Positions 9,316-18,646 of a DNA stretch of 64,000 bases are shown piece by piece. The number at the start of each line of letters is the position of its first letter. The first letter of the stretch is position 1. A program made the position numbers and the translations under genes. The stretch lies in assembly GCA_963815195.1 (NCBI GenBank), contig CAWFGE010000018.1, positions 128,001 to 192,000 on the forward strand, given 5' to 3'. The notes beneath the pieces are model-generated. The model was given only the letters and a program-made list of their open reading frames with translations, was not told the origin of the DNA and ran no database searches. The DNA comes from an uncultured Planctomycetaceae bacterium (lineage in GTDB: Bacteria > Planctomycetota > Planctomycetia > Planctomycetales > Planctomycetaceae).

Positions 9316-10257
9316 ATGGCGGTCATGTCGGTCCGATTCTGGGGCACGCGCGGTTCCATCCCCACGCCGGGAAGGCGAACCGCGAAATTCGGCGGGAACA
9401 CCACTTGCGTGGAAGTCCGCTACGGCGACACGATCGTCGTCATCGACGCAGGCAGCGGGATTCGCGAATTGAGCCTGAGTTGGCTGGAAGAGTTCGGCAA
9501 ATCGCCCGTCCACGCGACCCTGCTCTTTACGCATTATCATTGGGACCACCTGCAGGGCTTTCCGTTTTTTACCTCGGCCTATATGCCGAATAACACGTTC
9601 GACATCTTCGGGAACACCCCGGAGGACGCGAGCCTCGAAGACATCCTCAGCGGACAGATGCAGGGCGCGTATTTCCCCGTGCCGCTGACGGCGATGCAGG
9701 CCCGGATGAACTTTCATTCCGTGCCGTCCGAGTTTATGATCGGACCGATTCGCGTGAAGACCTTCGGTCTGCCGCATCCCGGCGGGTGCATCGGGTATCG
9801 CCTGGAGGCGGAGAATTCGATTTTCGTGTTCGCGACCGATTCGGAGTTCGATCAGGTGGCCCAAAATGCCGGGGAGATCCAAGCCAACCCGTCGGCGCCG
9901 CGGCAATATCATCCGGATCTGATCGAATTTCTCGAAGGAGCGCACATTCTGGCGGTGGATTGCCAATACACCGACGAGCAATACCAGACCAAAGTGGGCT
10001 GGGGCCACAATTCGCTTTCGACGGTGGTGGATTTGGCCCGGCAGACGAATCCGAAGATGCTGGCCCTTTGCCATCACGATCCGCAAAGCTCGGACGAGGA
10101 TGTGATGCAGTTGATTTCCGAAGCGCGGATCCGGGTCAAAGATCTGGTCCGCGATAATAAGTTGGCCGACGTGCCGATCACCTTCGGCGCCCGGGAAGGC
10201 CAACGCCTGGCGGTGGGACCGCCTTTGTTTCCGCTGCGCTGGGAAGCGCCCGGCTAG
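9316..10257 (+). CDS. MBL-fold metallo-hydrolase (RNase Z/phosphodiesterase-like)
   Basis: FWGTRGSIPTPG, GGNTTCVE, IDAGSG, THYHWDH (HxHxDH), WGH, HHDP. Confidence 0.9.
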   Translation: MAVMSVRFWGTRGSIPTPGRRTAKFGGNTTCVEVRYGDTIVVIDAGSGIRELSLSWLEEFGKSPVHATLLFTHYHWDHLQGFPFFTSAYMPNNTFDIFGNTPEDASLEDILSGQMQGAYFPVPLTAMQARMNFHSVPSEFMIGPIRVKTFGLPHPGGCIGYRLEAENSIFVFATDSEFDQVAQNAGEIQANPSAPRQYHPDLIEFLEGAHILAVDCQYTDEQYQTKVGWGHNSLSTVVDLARQTNPKMLALCHHDPQSSDEDVMQLISEARIRVKDLVRDNKLADVPITFGAREGQRLAVGPPLFPLRWEAPG

Positions 10258-10307
10258 GGAACCTCATCAGTTAATTCCGCGTGCGAAATCTTCTGCGATT
10301 TCTGGTT

Positions 10308-10461
10308 CAAATCCGAAGCGCGAAATCCGAAGCAAATTCAAAATCAGAATGTCCCAAACAAATCGCTCTGATAAAAATCACAACCCTCGCCTAGGTTTTG
10401 GATATTGGAAATTCGGTCATTGGAATTTGTTTCGGATTTCGAGATTCGGATTTCGGATTTT
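10308..10461. repeat. Intergenic AT-rich inverted-repeat element ((TTCGGAT)n type), copy 1
   Basis: The AAATCCGAA..CAAATTC arm is complementary to the GAATTTGTTTCGGATTTCGAGATTCGGATTTCGGATTTT arm (10423-10461), which recurs identically at 31530-31568. Confidence 0.8.
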
Positions 10462-10509
10462 CGCCCCGATCAGCACGGCCGCGTTTTGACCCTAAAATGA
10501 ATGTGAACC

Positions 10510-11748
10510 ATGTCTTCCGACAAGCCAGAGTCCGATGAGATTCGCCTTCCACCGGAGGAGGCGTTCCCCGGCTTGCCGCAAGATCCCGACAAGACCTGGG
10601 TTCCCGACGAAACGGTCGCCGGCTTGCCGATCGATCCCGAAAAGACGTGGGTGCCGGACGAGCGGGAGTTTTCCATCCTCCGAGATTTGGAAAGCACGAC
10701 CGGCTATCCCCCGGAGACAGAACCGGGCTCCATTTCGGCCTCAACGTCGGCCGCGGACGTTGAAGAGGATGACGACGACGACCGGCCGCCCGCCGAATCC
10801 GAACCGCCGCCGCGGCTGTTTGGCGATTACGAGCTTTTGGAAAAAGTGGGGGCCGGCGGGATGGGCACGGTGTATAAGGCCCATCATCTCCGGCTGGACC
10901 GGATTGTGGCGCTCAAGACGCTCAAAGGCAAAACGGCCCAGGCCGAACGCGAGGTCGAACGCTTCGTGCGGGAAGCCAAAGCCGCCGCCCGACTGGATCA
11001 TCCAAATATCGTCACCTGCCACGAGTTCGGCGAGTTTGCCGGCTGGCATTACATCGCGATGGCGTATGTGGAAGGCGAATCGCTGCATCAACGGCTGGCC
11101 CGCGGCCCGCTGGAACCGATGGAGGCCGCGAAACTCGTGCACTCGCTCGCGGCGGCCGTGGCCCATGCCCACGAACAAAACGTCATCCACCGCGACATCA
11201 AACCCGGCAACGTCATCCTGGGAAAAGACGGCAGGCCCCGGCTGACCGACTTCGGCATTGCTAAAATCATCAGCCGCACGAACACGCCCATCATAGCCAG
11301 CCAACTCACGCAGGTCGGCCAGGCCTTGGGAACGCCCGGTTACATGGCTCCAGAGCAATCCGCGGGCCGGCGGTGGGAAGTCGGGCCGTCGGCGGACATT
11401 TACGGTTTGGGGGGCGTGCTGCACGCCGCGCTGACCGGTTCGCATCCCGGCCATCCCGATTCCTTTGACACGCTCCCGCAGGACATTCCCCCGGCCCTTC
11501 AATCCATTTGCGACCACTGCCTGGCCTACCGCCCGCAAGATCGCTACGCGACGGCCGGCGAGTTGGAGAAAGCTCTGGGCGCCTATCTCAGCGAAGTCAG
11601 CGGCGTGGCGTCCCAACTCCCGCCGCCGAAAAAAGAAGTCACCATCCGACTGCCGGAGATGACTCTCAAACTGGACAAGCAAAAAATCTTCTTGGGCCTC
11701 TTGCTCGCGGCGATTATCGCGGCGACCGCGGTGCTGCTGAATCAATGA
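10510..11748 (+). CDS. Hanks-type Ser/Thr protein kinase with C-terminal TM helix
   Basis: GAGGMGTVY, VALK, HRDIKPGN, TDFG, GTPGYMAPE, DIYGLG; hydrophobic C-terminus. Confidence 0.95.
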   Translation: MSSDKPESDEIRLPPEEAFPGLPQDPDKTWVPDETVAGLPIDPEKTWVPDEREFSILRDLESTTGYPPETEPGSISASTSAADVEEDDDDDRPPAESEPPPRLFGDYELLEKVGAGGMGTVYKAHHLRLDRIVALKTLKGKTAQAEREVERFVREAKAAARLDHPNIVTCHEFGEFAGWHYIAMAYVEGESLHQRLARGPLEPMEAAKLVHSLAAAVAHAHEQNVIHRDIKPGNVILGKDGRPRLTDFGIAKIISRTNTPIIASQLTQVGQALGTPGYMAPEQSAGRRWEVGPSADIYGLGGVLHAALTGSHPGHPDSFDTLPQDIPPALQSICDHCLAYRPQDRYATAGELEKALGAYLSEVSGVASQLPPPKKEVTIRLPEMTLKLDKQKIFLGLLLAAIIAATAVLLNQ

Positions 11749-11769
11749 AATGGATAACCGGTCAAGCCG

Positions 11770-12907
11770 TCAATTGCTGGTTTCCTTGGCCTTTGCTTTG
11801 TCCTTCTTCTTCGCCTTTTCCGCTTCTTTGGCGTCGTCTTCTGCCGAGACGAGTTTCACGAAGGACGGTTTTTCGAGGGAGTACCGCGTGGTCCAGGATT
11901 TGTGCTCGACGAGGCATTGGACGCGGGGATCCACCCAAACCGCCTGCTTGAAGGGCACGCCGCTTGGGAGATAGCAGGCGGAGCGTTCCGGCAAGTCTTT
12001 GAGTGCCTGGAGCAGCTCGGGGCGGTTTTCTTCGGGCACATCCGGCTGGGAAAGCACGCCGACGTAGGCCAGCCGCCCGCGCGGAGCCGACGCCAGGATC
12101 ACCGTGGATAACTCGCCCTTCTCGGTGAGGGTGTATCCAATGATGACGCAGCGCGTCTCGAGGATTTGGGCGTCCGGAACATCGAGCGGGTTTTCTCCCA
12201 CAAACTCCTGGACGCGCCTTTTCGGTGTCTTCCTCGTCGGTTTTTTTCTCCTTCGCCTTTTTGACGATTTCCTGCACCACGTTCGGGCCTTCGGGCTTTT
12301 CAACTCCCCAATCTTCAAACAGGGCGTCAAACTCGAATCCGCCGACAACGAACAACGCCGCGAAGATCGCGACCGTGCCCCAAATCATAAAGCACACCCG
12401 CCGCGCGCCTTCGGGCAGCCGGTGAAAAGTCGGCTTCCAGATTTCCACAGGCTTCATAAAGAAATCGAAGGGACCGAATTTGTCGGTGAGACAGGCGGCG
12501 AACAAATACGCCGATCCGTGGGCAATGCTCGCCACGATGAATCCCAGGGAGAACTCCACCAGCGTCGCCAGCGTCCTATGGGACGGCTTCTCCAAGACAA
12601 ACCGCAAGCCGAGATTGACCAACAGCACCAGAATCACTCCCGCAAACGCCCCCCACGCCCAAGGCGGGATCGCTTCCCACAAATTGGTCGGCCCGTCGTC
12701 GGCGGATTCCCATGCGGCCCGATTCGCTTGGGCCTCGGCATTCGCATCTTCGGCGGACTTGAGCGATGTGCCGCCGAGGGCCGGGTAATATCCGCAACTC
12801 GGACACCAGGACGAGACGCCCCAGGGTTCCACCGACCCGCAATTGGGGCAGCCTTCAGGAGCGGGAACATCGGCGGCGGGAACATCGGCAATGGGAGAGC
12901 TGCTCAT
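11770..12907 (-). CDS. Membrane protein: N-terminal zinc ribbon, ~4 TM helices, C-terminal domain resembling the ATP-dependent DNA ligase OB fold (frameshift ~12215)
   Basis: CPNCG...WCPSCG; hydrophobic stretches; continues in ORF 11770..12348 as VQEFVGE...CVIIGYT...STVILAS...GRLAYVG...VWVDPRVQCLVEH. Confidence 0.65.
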
Positions 12908-13159
12908 GGGAGTTCGTCCGTATCGATTCTGACGAATAATAGGTCCGTGAGACGCAAAGCCGGCAGGCTTTCCCAATAGCATAGGGCACAAACACAACGC
13001 GGGACGCGGAATTTTCCCGCAGCCTCGAAAGAAATTCCCCCATGTGAAGCTCGATTCAATTTGCGACAATTTCGATGGGGTCGTTGACGCCGGGCACCCG
13101 GGTTTGTAGGCTCACGAAGAGTTGGTTTGCCCACGGCCGGCAAACTCCCACCGGTAATG

Positions 13160-13195
13160 AAGCCCTCAGGCGCCCCCCGTGCCGAGGGCTTTTTT
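13160..13195 (+). terminator. Intrinsic-terminator-like hairpin in the ppsA leader
   Basis: AAGCCCTC...GAGGGCTT followed by a T run, ending ~23 nt before the ppsA ATG. Confidence 0.5.
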
Positions 13196-13218
13196 CGTGG
13201 CTTTTGCGGAGAGAGACG

Positions 13219-15609
13219 ATGACGGATTTCATTCGCTGGTTTGAGAACATTGGCATCGATGATGTGCCCGACGTGGGCGGCAAAAACGCTTCGCTCGGCG
13301 AGATGTACCGGGAGCTTTCCGAGAAGGGCATCCGCATTCCCAACGGCTTTGCCGTGACCGCAACCGCGTATCGGCATTTCCTCGAGGAGACCGGCTTGGA
13401 CCGGCGGATTCCCGACATCCTGGCGGGTCTCGACACAGAGAACATCGCCAACCTCCAAGAGCGCGGCCGGGCGGTGCGGGACGCCATCGTCGCCGCGGAG
13501 TTCCCGCAGGATCTGCGGGAGGCGATCGCCAAGGCTTACGAACAACTCGGCGAAGGCCGATCGGTGGACGTGGCCGTCCGCTCGAGCGCGACCGCGGAAG
13601 ACCTGCCCGATGCCAGCTTTGCCGGGCAGCAGGAAACGTATCTCAATGTCGAGGGCAAGCGGGCGGTGCTGGAAACTTGCCGGCGGTGTTTCGCGTCGCT
13701 GTTTACCGACCGCGCGATTTCCTACCGCGTCGATCGAGGCTTCGATCATGCCCAGATCGCCCTCTCGATCGGCGTGCAGCGGATGGTGCGGTCTGATCTC
13801 GCCACGTCGGGCGTGATGTTCTCGATCGACACCGAGACCGGCTTCCGCGATGCGGTGCTCATCAATGCCGCCTACGGCTTGGGCGAAAACGTGGTGCAAG
13901 GGGCCGTCAATCCCGACGAGATTTACGTCTTCAAGCCCACGCTCAAAACCGGGCATCGGCCGATTTTGCAAAAGCGGATGGGCAACAAGGAATTCAAACT
14001 GGTTTACGATCTGGGCGGCGGGAGGATGACCAAAAACGTCCCCGTCCCGCCTGGCGACCGCGAGCGGTTTTGTGTGAGCGATGACGACATCCTCACCCTC
14101 GCCAAATGGGCCTCGGACATCGAAGACCATTACTCGGCCAAGCGCGGGCATCTCGTGCCGATGGACATGGAATGGGCCAAGGACGGAAAGACCGGCGAAC
14201 TGTTCATCGTCCAAGCCCGGCCGGAAACCGTGCAGTCCCAAAAGAAGTTGGATCGGCTGGAAACCTTCGAATTGAAAAGCAAAAGCCAAGTGCTGGCCGA
14301 AGGGCGGGCCGTGGGCGAACGCATCGGTCGCGGGAAGGTGCGGGTGATTGAAAGCGCCGCCCACCTGGGGGACTTTCAGGCCGGCGAAGTCCTCGTCACC
14401 GACCGCACCGACCCCGATTGGGAGCCGACCATGAAAAAAGCCGCGGCCATCGTCACCAACCGCGGCGGCCGAACCTGCCACGCGGCGATCGTCAGCCGGG
14501 AGTTGGGCTTGCCCGCCATCGTCGGCACGCTGACCGGCACGGAGGATCTCCAGACCGGCCAGGAAGTGACGGTTTCGTGTGCCGAGGGCGATACGGGGTT
14601 CGTGTATGAGGGTCTCTTGGATTACGACCACCGCGAAATGGAAATCGACACCCAAAACCGCCCGAAGACCAAAATCATGATGAACGTCGCCAACCCGGAA
14701 GAGGCGTTTCGGCTGTCGTTTATTCCCTCAGACGGGGTCGGCCTGGCCCGCGAGGAATTCATCGTCACGAACTCCATCCAGGTCCACCCCTTGGCGCTCT
14801 TGGAATACGACAAACTCGAAGATCCACAGGCCAAACAAAAAATCGATGAGATCACGATGGGCTTCGAGGACAAGGCGGAGTTCTTCGTCGAGCGGCTCGC
14901 CGAGGGCATCGGCATGCTGGCGGCGGCGTTTTATCCGCGGGACGTGATTCTCCGCGTGAGCGATTTTAAGACCAACGAATACGCCGGACTCGTCGGCGGC
15001 GAGAAATACGAACCCCACGAGGAAAACCCCATGCTCGGCTTTCGCGGAGCCTCCAGGTATTACAACGACCGCTACCGCGCGGGGTTTGCCCTCGAATGCC
15101 GGGCCATCAAAAAGGTCCGCGACGAGATGGGGCTGAATAACTTGAAAGTGATGATTCCCTTCTGCCGGACGGTGGAAGAAGGCCGCAAGGTGCTTAGCGA
15201 GATGGAATCGCACGGCCTCAAGCAAGGCGAGAACGGCTTGGAGGTTTACGTGATGTGCGAAATTCCGAGCAACGTGATTCTCGCCGACGACTTCGCCGAC
15301 GTGTTCGACGGGTTTTCCATCGGCTCGAACGATCTGACGCAATTGATTTTGGGCGTGGATCGCGATTCGGAAATCGTGGCAAACCTGTTCGACGAGCGAA
15401 ACCCCGCCGTGACGCGGATGATCGCCCAGGTCATCCAGTCCGCCAAGGCCAAGGGCCGGAAGATCGGCATCTGCGGCCAGGCGCCCAGCGACTACCCCGA
15501 GTTCGCGGAGTTCCTGGTGGAGCAAGGCATCGACAGCATCTCGCTGAACCCCGACACGGTGCTGAAAACGACGCGGACCATCCTGGAAAAAGAACGCCAA
15601 ATGGCTTGA
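13219..15609 (+). CDS. ppsA: Phosphoenolpyruvate synthase
   Basis: VGGKNASLGEM, VRSSATAEDLPDASFAGQQET, GGRTCHAAI (phospho-His), FSIGSNDLTQ, GICGQAPSD. Confidence 0.97.
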   Translation: MTDFIRWFENIGIDDVPDVGGKNASLGEMYRELSEKGIRIPNGFAVTATAYRHFLEETGLDRRIPDILAGLDTENIANLQERGRAVRDAIVAAEFPQDLREAIAKAYEQLGEGRSVDVAVRSSATAEDLPDASFAGQQETYLNVEGKRAVLETCRRCFASLFTDRAISYRVDRGFDHAQIALSIGVQRMVRSDLATSGVMFSIDTETGFRDAVLINAAYGLGENVVQGAVNPDEIYVFKPTLKTGHRPILQKRMGNKEFKLVYDLGGGRMTKNVPVPPGDRERFCVSDDDILTLAKWASDIEDHYSAKRGHLVPMDMEWAKDGKTGELFIVQARPETVQSQKKLDRLETFELKSKSQVLAEGRAVGERIGRGKVRVIESAAHLGDFQAGEVLVTDRTDPDWEPTMKKAAAIVTNRGGRTCHAAIVSRELGLPAIVGTLTGTEDLQTGQEVTVSCAEGDTGFVYEGLLDYDHREMEIDTQNRPKTKIMMNVANPEEAFRLSFIPSDGVGLAREEFIVTNSIQVHPLALLEYDKLEDPQAKQKIDEITMGFEDKAEFFVERLAEGIGMLAAAFYPRDVILRVSDFKTNEYAGLVGGEKYEPHEENPMLGFRGASRYYNDRYRAGFALECRAIKKVRDEMGLNNLKVMIPFCRTVEEGRKVLSEMESHGLKQGENGLEVYVMCEIPSNVILADDFADVFDGFSIGSNDLTQLILGVDRDSEIVANLFDERNPAVTRMIAQVIQSAKAKGRKIGICGQAPSDYPEFAEFLVEQGIDSISLNPDTVLKTTRTILEKERQMA

Positions 15610-15634
15610 GGCAGAGGCCGAGTTCCTAATAAAG

Positions 15635-15664
15635 CAGAGCCGCTTCCGGATGAAAGCGGCTCTG
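15635..15664. terminator. Hairpin downstream of ppsA
   Basis: CAGAGCCGCTT-N8-AAGCGGCTCTG between convergent genes. Confidence 0.6.
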
Positions 15665-15806
15665 TTGGGATGGGTTTTGTGCCGAGTGAAAGAATCACTC
15701 AAGGAATGATTGTCGCATTCCTCAGCCGCCGGGCGCTCGCCCCGGTTTGCCGGGCCAACCGGACGCCATCGCGTTCCGGCTGATAAGGATTTCTCTCCAC
15801 GCGTGC

Positions 15807-16544
15807 TCAGGGGGCCGGGATTTCGACGGCGGGCTTGGGCACGAGCAGGTCTTCGAGCAGCGGATAGCCTTCGACTGGGAGCGCGTTGGAAGAGTCGATG
15901 ATCGGAGCGGGCGGGAAGAAGGTCCGCGCGTAGGCCACGTTGTAGGGCGCGCGGGGGTCGTCGCCGATTTGCTCCGCGAACGCCGCATCCGGAGCGACGT
16001 GCGTGAAATTGTACGGCCGGAAGTAATAATATCCGTGATACACGGGCGGGTAGGGATAGTGGGGATAAAAGTCGCCGGGGCCGGTGCAGTAGGTCAGCAG
16101 GCAGCGATCCCAGCAACAAAGATGGCAATCATCGTCGCAATCGTCGCAATCATCATGTAACCACGGACACAATCGGCGCAAGCAGCACCGCCGGCAGTGG
16201 CATGACCGGCCGTGCCCGCATCCGCCTGCGCCGTTTTGGCACCCTGCATTCTTGCCGCTCAGGCATCCGGCCCCGGTTTGTTGGCAGCCGGCGTTCTGGC
16301 AGCCGGCGTTTTTCGCACAGGCGGTTTGACCGGTGGTTTGGCAGCCGGCGGTTTGACTGCAGGCGGTTTGACTGCAGGATTCAACGGCGGTGCTGGTGCA
16401 GGTGACATTTTTTTCCGGGCAGAGGCCGTTCGCCTGCTGGACCGGAGCCTGCGCCGCGAGTTCGGCGGTCCCCTCGGCCGTGACCGCCTGCGGATTCGCC
16501 CCCAAGAGAGCGGCACCGACGATTGTAATCGACAAAATGGACAT
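15807..16544 (-). CDS. Secreted Cys-rich low-complexity hypothetical protein
   Basis: Signal peptide; repeats of (S/Q/K)-(T/N)-A-(G)-C; CHCRRCC and DDCDDCDDDCH; Tyr/Pro-rich PHYPYPPVYHGYYYFRPYN; GAGGAG RBS. Confidence 0.75.
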   Translation of the reverse strand: MSILSITIVGAALLGANPQAVTAEGTAELAAQAPVQQANGLCPEKNVTCTSTAVESCSQTACSQTAGCQTTGQTACAKNAGCQNAGCQQTGAGCLSGKNAGCQNGAGGCGHGRSCHCRRCCLRRLCPWLHDDCDDCDDDCHLCCWDRCLLTYCTGPGDFYPHYPYPPVYHGYYYFRPYNFTHVAPDAAFAEQIGDDPRAPYNVAYARTFFPPAPIIDSSNALPVEGYPLLEDLLVPKPAVEIPAP

Positions 16545-16885
16545 GTCCTCATCTCCTCATTCTGCTCGCCGAACACAGCCGTTTGCGATGGTCTCAGCCG
16601 GGCGAGCGGGCACTTCCGCTCAATACGTCCTCCGCCACACGCGGCGAAAATCTGTCTATTCCTCAGATCGGTTAGAATTGCTCCGGGAATTCGGCATTGA
16701 AACCATGCTGCTTAAAATCACCGCAACCGTCACAAGCGGATTCGGCGAAGTCGCCGGAAAATGTTCGCCCCTTTGGAAATCGGCATCGGATTTGCAGGTC
16801 CATTCGCACATTTGGCGGGGATTGAGTTAAGATCAGACGAAATCCGGAATTTTTGCGGGTGGTAATTCTCCGAAACGAGGTGGAC

Positions 16886-18463
16886 ATGAAACGGCAATGG
16901 AGCACGGTCTTGGGTTGGAAGTGGTGTGCGGTTCCCCTCCTCGGATGGGCCGTTTCGCTTTGCGGCTGCGGCGACGGATTTGAGTTGATGGACGTCAATT
17001 TTCAGAATCCCGCCCCCGCCCAACAGCCCAATCAACAGCCGCCGCAAAAAGAACTGAACCGTCCGCTCTTGCGGGAGCTTCGCAAGTACGCGGAGCAGGC
17101 GAACGACTTCGGCGACCTGGGGGCCGACCAAAACGACGTGCTGAAGCAGTTGGACGCAGCCGACAAGGTGCTGACGCGGATCCACGAAGAAAACCGGATC
17201 GCTTTGGCCAACGCGAACCGGCGGGCCCCAAGTCTGCCCGCGGGCCGGACGCCGAATCTCGTGATGATTGTCGCACCGCGGCTTGGGGTCAGCGATTTGG
17301 GCTCCTACGGTCAAACGAAAATCCCCACGCCGAACTTGGACCGCCTGGCCGCGGAGGGCGTGCTCTTGACCGATTTTTATGCCGGCGGCCCGACGGCCGC
17401 GTCTTCCCAATGGGCCCTCCAGACCGGCTGGACCACCTCGCGAAGCCACGACGATTTGCGGATCAAGGAAAACACGACCACGCTCGCGGGCATGCTCTGG
17501 CGCGGCGGCTATCACACGGCGTTTTTCGGCATGTGGTACGGCCCGGACAACGCGGCGAAAGCCGACGTTCCGTCCGCCCACGGCTACGATGAATGGGTGG
17601 GACAACTCCACGCCAAAGACGCCCAAACGGCATTTCCCAAGATGATGTGGGTCAACGATCAACACGTCCAAATTCCTGAAGAGAAGGGAAAAGAGCCCCT
17701 CTCCGCCGGGGATTTGATCGTGCGGGCGGCCATCAAGGAGTTGGAAGAGCAGGCCCAAAGCCTCCGCGGGCCCCGGCCGCTGTTCATGATGGTCGTCTTG
17801 CCGCCTTATCTCGACATGGCGGCCGATTTCGCCGACAAGGAACTCTCCAAAGATACCGATTGGCCGGCCGCCGCCCAAAGCTACGGGGCCGCCGTCCGCA
17901 TGACCGACCGCGACGTCGGCCTGATTCATGCGGCCATCGACCGGCTGGGCCTGGCGAGCACCACCAGCGTCTACTTCACCGCACTCACCGGAGCCGACGT
18001 GGTCCACGCGAAGGCCCTCGAGTACTTCCGCAGCACCGGCCACTTCCGCACGCACGACTCGAAGTTGGGCGAAGGCAATTTGCGGGTGCCGTTCATCGCG
18101 GCGTTTCCCCCCGTGTTTCGTGCCGGCCTGCGGGACTCCCATCCCGCGGCTTTGTGGGACGTATTCCCCACGTTTGCGGAACTGACGCTGACGCAAGTCT
18201 ACCGCAGGCAATTGGACGGCGTGTCGTTCGCCTGGACGCTGAAAACCGGCCGCGAAATCCCGCCGCATCTCTTGTATTGGGAGACCGCGGGAGCCAAAGC
18301 CCAGGCGGTTCGCTTGGGACCGTGGAAAGGCCTTCGCCCGGCCGGTTCCGACACGTTGTTCTTGTACAACCTCCCCGCCGACCCCGGCGAAACGAACGAC
18401 GTTGCCAAAGAACACCCGGAGACCGTGGAAAAACTGATCGTGCCGCCCCAACGTCCTCGGTAA
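16886..18463 (+). CDS. Sulfatase-fold protein lacking catalytic residues; probable lipoprotein
   Basis: PNLVMI...DLGSYGQTKIPTPNLDRLAAEG.LLTDFYAG, LGEGNLRVPFI, LYNLPADPGETNDVAKEHPE; no CxPxR motif. Confidence 0.85.
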   Translation: MKRQWSTVLGWKWCAVPLLGWAVSLCGCGDGFELMDVNFQNPAPAQQPNQQPPQKELNRPLLRELRKYAEQANDFGDLGADQNDVLKQLDAADKVLTRIHEENRIALANANRRAPSLPAGRTPNLVMIVAPRLGVSDLGSYGQTKIPTPNLDRLAAEGVLLTDFYAGGPTAASSQWALQTGWTTSRSHDDLRIKENTTTLAGMLWRGGYHTAFFGMWYGPDNAAKADVPSAHGYDEWVGQLHAKDAQTAFPKMMWVNDQHVQIPEEKGKEPLSAGDLIVRAAIKELEEQAQSLRGPRPLFMMVVLPPYLDMAADFADKELSKDTDWPAAAQSYGAAVRMTDRDVGLIHAAIDRLGLASTTSVYFTALTGADVVHAKALEYFRSTGHFRTHDSKLGEGNLRVPFIAAFPPVFRAGLRDSHPAALWDVFPTFAELTLTQVYRRQLDGVSFAWTLKTGREIPPHLLYWETAGAKAQAVRLGPWKGLRPAGSDTLFLYNLPADPGETNDVAKEHPETVEKLIVPPQRPR

Positions 18464-18478
18464 TGCGGATCAGCATTC

Positions 18479-18514
18479 GCAAGCGAGGGAATTCGTTTGA
18501 AATCCCTCGCTTGC
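18479..18514. terminator. Hairpin between convergent genes
   Basis: GCAAGCGAGGGA...TCCCTCGCTTGC, 12-bp stem. Confidence 0.6.
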
Positions 18515-18646
18515 CCTTCGGGCTAAATCGAGTCAGAGTGTATTTGTGCTTAATCGGCCGACGGGTTGGTTCCCGCCTTGCCGGTTCGGAAATGATTCCC
18601 CCCGTTTACATCTCCGCGCGCGGGATGTTTCCAGCCGGCACCAGCA

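Noticed and set aside
12945..12975. c-di-GMP-I riboswitch-like GACGCAAAGCC
   Set aside because: The upstream GGCAAAC...GAAA stem is missing and no second stem is evident.
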